Shown: positions 53,977 to 64,000 of the stretch, one piece after another
Layout of the letters: every line of letters starts with the position of its first letter
How positions within the stretch are numbered: the stretch's first letter is position 1
From: Octopus sinensis
Lineage: Eukaryota
Direction of reading: 5' to 3'
Length of the DNA stretch: 64,000 nt
Assembly (NCBI RefSeq): GCF_006345805.1
Contig: NC_043009.1
Location: forward strand, 33,232,001 to 33,296,000
Made by a program: the position numbers and the translations under genes
Notes under the pieces: generated by a model
Database searches by the model: none
Told to the model about the DNA's origin: nothing
What the model saw: only the letters and a program-made list of their open reading frames with translations

Positions 53977-54015
<39 letters not shown>

Positions 54016-54979
54016 AGAGAAGTGATTGCTGTTTAGGACTGTTAATTTCATTCTAAATGTACTGGAAAATATCTCCCATGCGCAAACTTAATTTTATATT
54101 TTGCCGTATACATAGGAAAACACACGCACACTCACACTTCCATGCGCACACATATATTTACATATCCCTACATGCACGAATATCCATCCACATTTGCTCA
54201 CATATACACACGCGCATTTAGATGTGTGTGTATATATAAATGCCAACGTCGCACTCATTGTCTGTATATGTATGTAGTTGAATGATGATGCATGTGTGTA
54301 TACATCAAAATGCAGGAATGCGATAATGTTGTGAAGCTGCAGTCTATTTAAAATGAATGTAAGTTTACAAATGAAATTTTTCAAATTTATTGCTTCAAAA
54401 ACAAAAACAATTAATTTGGAAAGCAAAAGTTGAAGACAGCAATATGGAGTTCACTTTGAAATGAAATTAAATATTATTCAAGACGAATCCATTAATTTTT
54501 GTTTTGCAATGAAATCTATAGAAAGAGACAATTTATGGCAAATATTTAGTTATAAAGCACCTGTTTTCTCCATAGTAAATTCCAAAATTAGTTTATTCAG
54601 TTTTAGAGTGGAGAATTCAACATAGAAAAGTTCGTATTTTCTTTTAATATTTCTTATATTTCCTTCGAACTAAACCTTACTAATGTAAGTTTATATTAAA
54701 TAAACATGGAGAAGTACAAATATACTTAATATTATAGAAATATACGTATAAAACTTATTCTATTAAAGTAATAAGCAAAAGTTTATTCTCTTAAGGAATC
54801 ATTTTATGTAATTACTTCAGGAATGGTTACATTATTCCAATAAAGATATAAGATATATTCTAAATAATTTACTGCGGTACTGGGTTAGTGCGTTACTTCC
54901 AAACTATTCATATTACTACAATTTCTGCCAAGGTGCATACATACACACGCGCACACACACATATATATGTGTGTGTCTG

Positions 54980-55016
<37 letters not shown>

Positions 55017-55041
55017 TACATACATACATACATATATATAC

Positions 55042-55080
<39 letters not shown>

Positions 55081-55099
55081 TACATGTATATATATATAC

Positions 55100-55130
<31 letters not shown>

Positions 55131-55458
55131 TGATAGAAATGGTAAGACAACAAAAGAATGAAAGAGACCTCGATATTATATAGAGGAATTTATCTGTAAA
55201 TATATGTGACAATTATTCGGTAGCCATGATAAAACTCCGAGTTTTATATATATAATCTTTTGCTTGTTTCAGTCATTAGACTGCGACCAACAATTTTTGA
55301 TTCTAGTGCAGGGACAGCATTTTGCACTCAGGCTATGAGACGTTTTGGCGCAGCCGTTTTGGCGTCGCTGATTCGACACTAACTTATTTGACATAAGACA
55401 TTTTAATGTTTCTCTCATTCTCTCCCTTGCCCTTCCTCTCCTTCCTCTTCTTCCTCTC

Positions 55459-55490
<32 letters not shown>

Positions 55491-56552
55491 GCTCTCTCTT
55501 TTACTTTCTATTTTACGCAATACATTTCTTTGATCCATATTCTATTTATGCGTTTTATGAGAGAGAAAGTGCTTATGTCAATTGTATTCAGTTAATAAAT
55601 TGTAATGCCCCCCACCTCTCTCACACACTCTTTGTATCTGCATAAAGATAGTCTGCGCGCGTGTGTGTGCATGTGGTTGTATGTTTGCGTGTGCGTGCGT
55701 GTGTGTGTATGTGTGAGTTTATGTGTGTGTGTATGAGTGTGGTTGTTACCAGTGTCTAAAATGACCGTCACCAAAGCAGTCTCAATGTCCAGTCAACTAC
55801 GTCAAATCGCCTGCGTTCACACAGCTGCTCCAACTAGCCTCATTCCTTTGTCTTCGTGCATTTTCATGCAAACGCGATTTGCTACCCGTGATTAATGATG
55901 CGTCACTCCATCTAACATCGGAAGTCTATCACCGTAAGCTAAGCCTTGCGAAACACGTTTATGTCTTCTTGCAAGACACTAATGCAAGACACACTTTGTT
56001 ACTGTTCCTTTCATTCTGATTTTAAATTCTGGAACAGCACTCCGTTTAACACTGATATTCCTACACGCTGCATTGGTTCATTATAGACGCCGAATAGATG
56101 AACAGTGAATCTGACCTTGCTAAGGTTTGAACTCACAGTGTAAAGATTCAGAACAATAACAACTCTATTAATGCATTGTCTTTGTCTAATATTACAGCAC
56201 TACTTATATAGTTACACTAATTATTGACAATAGGGTCGAAGTGTGTGTCATTCAGTATACTAGGAGCAGGCACATGTGATATATTCGGCTATAAATGTGT
56301 TGGCATTGGTTCGTAGTTTCACCTCTGAAGAGTCCCTCATCATTGTTTGGCCTCACTCCATATTTTGACCTTGATTTTTTCAATCAACATTGCTGGAATA
56401 TGCCATTATCTAGAGAATCCCAAGTCTGCTTTGAGTCAGCCTGTTTTCGTTTTGATAAGAATAGCATAGTAGAGCCTAGTTCAATGTGTGGACAGCCGAG
56501 ACACTTCTGAACGCTGTGAGGCTTTTTTCTGGTTCTCATTTGTCCAACATTA

Positions 56553-56770
56553 TACTCTTTTTACTCTCTTTTACTCTTTTACTTGTTTCAGTCATTTGAC
56601 TGCGGCCATGCTGGAGCACCGCCTTTAGTCGAGCAACTCGACCCCGGGACTTTATTCTTTTTGTAAGCCCAGTACTTATTCTATCGGTCTCTTTTTGCCG
56701 AACCGCTAAGTTACGGGGACGTAAACACACTAGCATCGGTTGTCAAGCAATGCTAGGGGAACAAACACAG

Positions 56771-56802
<32 letters not shown>

Positions 56803-56966
56803 ATATATACGACAGGCTTCTTTCAGTTTCCGTCTACCAAATCCACTCACAAGGCATTGGTTGGCTCGGGGCTATAGCAGAAGACACTTGCCCAAGATGC
56901 CACGCAGTGGGACTGAACCCGGAACCATGTGGTTGGTTAGCAAGCTACTTACCACACAGCCACTCC
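56553..56966 (-). mobile_element. Full-length composite SINE family B
   Basis: tRNA-like head, CORE-like cttgggcaagtgtcttc, (TA)n spacer, second module, and tail gcatggccgcagtcaaatgactgaaacaagt followed by (AAAAGAGT)-type terminal repeats. Confidence 0.85.
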
Positions 56967-57086
56967 TATGTTCTTTTTTTTGTTTGAGAACGAGGTTTCG
57001 CCATTTGTGTCATTCAAACTGGCAGTACGAACAAGCCACAAACATACTTGGGGAAAATTTCGAAACTTAGACTCAGCACTTATACT

Positions 57087-58386
<1,300 letters not shown>

Positions 58387-58584
58387 TAGAATGGCATGGT
58401 TTGGCTTGGCTTGGTTTGGCTGTTTTGGACGATTTATTCTTTTGACTTCAAATTCCACAAGTCTTCCTATCCTAACAGCAATGTATCGCACCACCCTGCA
58501 CACACTAGCATTGACCACTCCCCAGCACCCACACGACACACCACACCACATCACACCACCTCGCACTGAACGCTTCCCATCACC

Positions 58585-59495
58585 CACACCATCTTTTTAA
58601 TCCCATTTCAGTCAACCTTTGTTGATTCCTTTTCGCTGTGTGGCATGAATATAAACTCAATTTTCGTTATTTTATCGTGTGGATATATCGGAAGTAGTCC
58701 TTAATTAAGTATTTCGGTGTGTTTTTCAGAGTTTATGGTTCCAACACATTCGATCAGCTCAGAACGACCATTGCTGGTGACAGCTCCCCATACTATTACA
58801 AAGATACCGCCATGTTTCACAGTTGGTTGGAGTCGTTTCAAATCAAATTCTTGATTGGCAAACCTCCAGACCCAAACACGTCCACTGTCTAAAAATAATG
58901 CAAATCTGGATTAATCTGAGAAAATCACTCGATCTCAAAATGAACTGGATTTTTCTGACATCTCTTTAGCCCATTTCTTTCTTTTCATGATATTAAATGG
59001 TTGAAGGAGATGGTTTTCTTCTAGCTGCTCGTCCATAATACCCAAACTTATGCAGATATGTAACACACGTTCTTGGACTAACTTCTAGCTGTTTTGCAAT
59101 GTCAGAAGCCTTCGAACGGGGTTCGTTTTCCACAATTCTCTTCAAACAGCGAAGCTTCCTTTCCGGGACGAGAATCTGCTGATTTTTTTCCTTGGCTTTT
59201 GGATTGCACTATAATTCTATTCACAGTAGCAAGAGGAATTTGAAGATTTTCGGCAATTTTTCGCTGGTTAAGACCAACCTCAGATTGTCCAACAATACGA
59301 CCTCTTTGAAAATCTGACAGTTCTGCTGAATTTTTGGTGCGTGGCATGGTTACTCTCCGCAAATGTTTAATATAATGCCACTTGGAATGAAAAAGAATAA
59401 TTACATTGTAAATTCTACACCGCTGAAAACATAGTAAGACGCTTAGATCAGAAATTGTGAAAATCAAAGGTGTCTATTTACTTCCTGCATGTCTG

Positions 59496-59497
<2 letters not shown>
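58585..59497 (-). mobile_element. Tc1-family transposon, 3'-truncated, degenerate transposase
   Basis: ATG at 59347 gives [20 protein letters not shown] (Tc1 HTH). Further on are GYYGRAARRKP, WDRVIFSD.SRF and KHGG...VWG. A TIR-like end (ggtgtctatttacttcctgcatgtctgtg) lies next to (TA)n. Confidence 0.85.
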
Positions 59498-59534
<37 letters not shown>

Positions 59535-59939
59535 GAATTAGCAAGAAGTCAAATAAAGTAGCCCTGAAAAGGCTTTAATACGTTCCCAGAATATATATAA
59601 CATAGTAAGAAATACTAATAAAGTATGTATACTAAAATCGTGAAGCATGTTATGTAATAACAGTCTAATCAGATATGGGATAGTAGCAATTCAAAGTAAA
59701 TAACTCTGAAAAGAGCTTTCCCAGAGAATATTACCCTCAGGAGCGCTAGTGTTGGTATATTCGTGAATAAGTTACTAACCGAAATAACCGGCTCTATTGT
59801 TTACTTAAATACTATTTACTCGTTTAAGGGTTGTATAGGATGAATTTCAAAAATAACTCTTACAGTTCAAATGCTAAGAAATAAGCATACTCAATTTCAT
59901 TTTTATCAAATAATTTAGGAAAATGAATGGGTTATTTCT

Positions 59940-60135
59940 CTTCGCTATATATAAGGATCCCTTTCAGGGGCCCTATTATCGATTTTCTACAATCTAAGTA
60001 TGCCGTGAGGTTTCCGGGCTTGAGTTCTACTCACGTGTCAAGTTTCATCAAAATCGATAAAACGATGTAGGAGGAGTTAGCTAACAACTCCAAAAACACA
60101 CACACACAGAATTTCCTACATATGTAGGAGATCTA
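59940..60135 (+). mobile_element. Possible Helitron/Helentron-type non-autonomous element 3' end
   Basis: aagtttcatcaaaatcg, then the hairpin ggagtt(agctaac)aactcc, then (CA)n. This arrangement resembles HINE/DINE-like ends; it is a pattern recollection only. Confidence 0.3.
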
Positions 60136-61499
60136 TGTACACATATATAAATAGGTGTTTATATTTTTAACATATTGTTACTTCACTATCTACATTTTCC
60201 TCTCTAGTAATATATGCATGTGCATGTATACGAACGTGTGTGTATATATATATATATATATACACACACGTTTGTGTGTGTGTGTTTAAATTTATAAAGC
60301 AATAAGCTGTATTGAACAGGCTTTGATTACAAATCACAACATTTTCTTCTGTGCAGTAGTAACAGCTGTGAGTTGCTGGATTTTCGATATTGTACATATT
60401 ATTATATGACTTTTAAATAAATATGATCCACCGACAGCTGTGTAGCTGCACATCATCAGGTGGGTGGCTTTGAGAGCACTGCTGGATTACGTCCTGTTTC
60501 TCATTGCTTTATACCTAAAATATTCTATTTTAGCACTCCCTCGAAAAACTCTTACACTAATATGACATATGGTTGCCGATAGCAGTAGAGGAGCTTTGAA
60601 ATGTACGTTATGCGGTTATTACTCTGTTGATATTAAATATGTATACACACACACACGTACACACAGATATATATATATATATATTATATATATAATATAT
60701 ATATATATTATATAATATATTACGTTTGAGAGATCAGGTGAGAATCTGTATATTGCACATAGAATGCAGGTAGGTCAAGAACAAATGTAATGAGTAAAGT
60801 TAAAAGTTTTAAAATATGAAGTCTGAATAGTAAATTAAAGGGTTTTCCAAGGAATTCAATTAAAATCTTCAACTGTTAAATCTGTCTTCCCCACCCCTCT
60901 CCATCTCGTCATTTCTTACACATTTGATAAATTATTACAATCATAAAACTAAAATCAATTTAAGTAAAATGACTCTAGGGACAGTTTTATTTATTACTTA
61001 GTTTAAATTACATTTCAGTACACACACACACACACACACACATACACACTGATAGTTCTCAATTCAGTTTTCTTGTTTCATTTTCTTGGAATTGCAGAGA
61101 TGGAAGGAGACAGTGCTGAAGCCATTCTATCTTTCTATATATTTGATAGAAATGTTTGCAACAACTCTCTTTAAATGAGAATCTAATTTATATATTTCAT
61201 TTTGATTTCTATCTCAGATTTATTAATGCTGTTCTTGTTGTTGTTGTTGTTGTTGTTGTTTCTGATGTTGTTCTCATAGAGAGAATTGCTGCTACTAAAT
61301 TTCTCCTTTTACCATTCGAACTGCCAAAAAATATTGCCAACATTTACCAAAGAACTAACAGATATATTCCTCGCCTTTGCAATGAGAAGATTTTTCTGGA
61401 GTTTATTTCTTTCTGTATGTCTTTTTTAATAAATTCTCAGAACTAATTACAATTTTATGTACAATAATCTTTTGCAGTCATCTCCTACTGTCCCCCATC

Positions 61500-61530
<31 letters not shown>

Positions 61531-61774
61531 ATTTTCTAATAATTTATTTTCTGCTAGTGTAATTAAAAATTGTAAGTTATATATACAGGCTCTGATGAGT
61601 GTCTTAAAACAATATGTCTGTAGCAGTGTGTGGTGTAGCAGAGCTACTGGACCAAGGAGAAGAGAGAACGTTAATTAGTATCATCATCATCATCATCATC
61701 ATCATCGCTAAAGTAGCAGGCATTTACATTGGATGTAATGACTGAGGCAGCATCGACAGACAGATAAATATATA

Positions 61775-61937
<163 letters not shown>

Positions 61938-61998
61938 GTGCGTGCGTTTGTGTGTAAATAAATATATATATGTAGTTGGAATTTACAAAAAAAACAAA

Positions 61999-62061
61999 AG
62001 ACGAAGGCAGGTGTAAAACAGACGAAGGCAGGTGTAAAACGGGCAAAGGCAAGTGTAAAAA
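61999..62061 (+). repeat. 21-bp minisatellite
   Basis: agacgaaggcaggtgtaaaac occurs twice exactly, plus one degenerate copy. Confidence 0.85.
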
Positions 62062-62305
62062 AACAGGAGACGAAGATGGGTGTGTAAACAACAAACAGGT
62101 GTAATAATTTAACGCTCGGTAAGGTGAGAAAGTCTTTTATGTTTCGAACCTAAGCTCTTGAAAAGAAAGGAACACGATGAAATAAACAGAGAGAATAAAA
62201 AAGCATTAGTGAATAGCAGTCAGTCATGGCGATGGACGGACAGAGGTGGTCAGACAGGAGAGTTAGGAAGAAGGTGAGATAATAAAGTAGAGTTGATATG
62301 TATAA

Positions 62306-63473
62306 GGAAAACAGGACAAGGTAGAAAATGCTAAAATAATTTTATCATGAAGAACATTTTAGTACCGGTTTCAGACTTTGTGACGTTTTCAACTTAGAGT
62401 AAAGTATGTGAAACAATTAAATTGTGGAAAAATTAAATTAAATGTTTTTTTAAAAAAATATAGTCCATAGTTTTTAAATAGGTGGAGCATTTTCCTTCAC
62501 TCTCTCTCTATTACTCTTACTTTTGTAAAGGCTCTGTAGGCAGGTAGGTAGGTAGGTAGGTATGTAGGTAGGTAGGTAGGTAGGTAGGTAGGTAAGTAGG
62601 TAGGTAGATATGTAGGTAGCAGATCTGAAGAAATATTTAATATGAGTGATGTTGTTTCTAGATTTTGATTGTTTAAGTAGCAGTGGCCGAGTAAGGAGAC
62701 AGAGAAGAAGAAGAAGAAGAAGAAGAAGAAGAAGAAGAAGAAGAAGAAGAAGAAGAAGAAGAAGAAGAAGAAGAAGAAGAAGAAGAAGAAGAAGAAGAAG
62801 AAGAAGAAGAAGAAGAAGAAGAAGAAGAAGAAGAAAACGGGTGTGGTATGACAGTAGTAGACTACTCATAGAGTCTTCTTAAGTTACTTAAAAGTGACCT
62901 GTTGTGGTTATAGATTCATGGGTAGCAACTGTTCTGAACATATCGTTTTTAATATTTGCGTATGTATTATTCTAAGACCTTTGTAGTAGTGTCATTTGTG
63001 GTGGACACATTCAAAAGGGGTTTACATTTTGTGATAAAATATGACTCTTTGCTAATGCGCTGATAGTGGTTGCGTCGTCCCTGAATTTATAGAGGGCGAA
63101 AATCCTGAAGTTGGGCTGTTAGTGGCGCAAATGTCGATGGGTTTGCTGAATGCTATTTTTCTGTATTCCCGGATTTTAATCTGGGGTCTATGTAGAGTCA
63201 CTCTTTGGTGTAGAATGTTTTTGGTTTGGCCTATGTATTGCTCTCGACACTCTGAGCAAGTTAATACATATATTAGGTTTTCCGAAGCACATGTGAAGTT
63301 GTTTTCACTGTAAAACGTTGATCTTGTTTGAAGGAGAACTCTGATACTTCAATTAAATTGACGCATATATTGAGGGATCGGAGTTCTTCAAATAAGGTCA
63401 ACGTTTTACAGAGAAAAACAACTTCACATATGCTTCAGAAAACCTAATATATATATTAACTTGCTCAGGGTGT
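62306..63473 (-). mobile_element. Neptune-like PLE remnant (pLTR, GIY-YIG) with an inverted 5' fragment
   Basis: 63001-63369 on the minus strand reads NFTCASENLIYVLTCSECREQYIGQTKNILHQRVTLHR...ESYFITKCKPLLN. A degenerate HHR lies at 62361-62395. 63370-63473 is a + strand copy of 63250-63358. Confidence 0.85.
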
Positions 63474-63652
63474 AAATTTGCATTATACTAAATTATAGGC
63501 CAGCCAATCAGATTAAAGTAAAATTGTTTTTATTATAACTGAACATAAAAACAAACTTCAAGATGAAAGAGATCCGAGGACCGATGGTCGCTTTGTTTAC
63601 AATATTTTGCTGGCTGGAGCGGACCCTGGCTATCGCTCCGGCGGTCAGGTGC

Positions 63653-63701
63653 TCGTGACTGACGATGAGCCAAACAGCTCGAAACTGAGTCAGTCTCGCG
63701 A
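63653..63701 (+). ncRNA. Type I hammerhead ribozyme, canonical core with one extra U
   Basis: UCGUGA-CUGACGA-U-GAGC(caaaca)GCUC-GAA-ACUG(agu)CAGU-C-UCGCGA. Stem I is 6 bp (one G-U) and extends past an internal loop (cagg/cuug). Stem II is 4 bp and stem III is 4 bp. The GUC triplet predicts cleavage after 63695. Confidence 0.8.
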
Positions 63702-64000
63702 TCTTGTTGTGTGCTAAATGGTGGTATGGGTTAGCTCACCCTGCTAGCATTATATAGGATGCAACGCAGCACCGATAACCAGCTGGCGGAGTTAAACTAG
63801 AAATAACAAGGAACAACCACTATGATGTGGCGTTTAACTTTACTTGTTAGTATAATTACTACTCGTATCTCTTCAAATTTTATTGATATATATATAAATG
63901 TTTTGTTTTTATATTCAGTTATAATAAAAACAATTTTATATTAATCTGATGAGTTACTCCATGTTTTTATTGAGTTCAAATTTCTTATTCTTGTACAAGA

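Larger units (their letters stand above)
51843..53984. repeat. About 544-bp unit array: one inverted unit (51843-52417) plus three tandem units (52422-about 52967, about 52968-53509, about 53510-53984), (TA)n-flanked
   Basis: Near-identical units that differ mainly by single-base indels. Period measured from HHR to HHR is 543 and 545 nt. Confidence 0.95.

Noticed and set aside
51843-53984. CRISPR array or classical satellite interpretation of the repeats
   Set aside because: The context is eukaryotic, there are no unique spacers, and the 5' inversion plus HHR fit a PLE-type origin.
55229-55248. Palindrome aaactccgagttt next to (TA)n as an HHR stem III
   Set aside because: Core and stem II are not present in the window.
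56280-56520. 71-aa ORF or RTE RT remnant
   Set aside because: Only vague motif resemblance on the minus strand, with many stops.
62131-62172. Minus-strand HHR-like fold (cttt/aaag, gagc/gttc, GAAAC)
   Set aside because: The core reads CTTTTCA and stem III is broken, so it is too degenerate to call.

Overview
Gene-poor, microsatellite-saturated animal genomic DNA. The repeat content suggests an octopus-like cephalopod (inference). Most ORFs in the supplied track are simple-repeat artefacts, and no host gene can be called with confidence. The window is mostly retroelement sequence. (1) A near-complete Naiad-type Penelope-like element (PLE) lies at 20583-27088, with RT plus GIY-YIG, direct and inverted pseudo-LTRs and three canonical hammerhead ribozymes (HHRs). 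(2) There are three remnants of a Neptune-like PLE with U3-A8 variant HHRs. (3) A 544-bp repeat array (one inverted plus three tandem units) at 51843-53984 carries a variant HHR in every unit and could be retrozyme-like. (4) Several more orphan HHR or HHR-like motifs occur, giving about 11 near-complete motifs with four different cores. (5) Three 5'-truncated Tx1/L1-clade LINE copies sit inside (GATA)n, and their 3' end matches the tail of one SINE subfamily. (6) RTE, CR1/Jockey-like, R4/Dong-like, Tc1/mariner and pogo debris, several tRNA-derived SINE families and MITEs are also present. Many PLE frameshifts fall in homopolymer runs and may be assembly errors. All folds, translations and alignments were done by eye.
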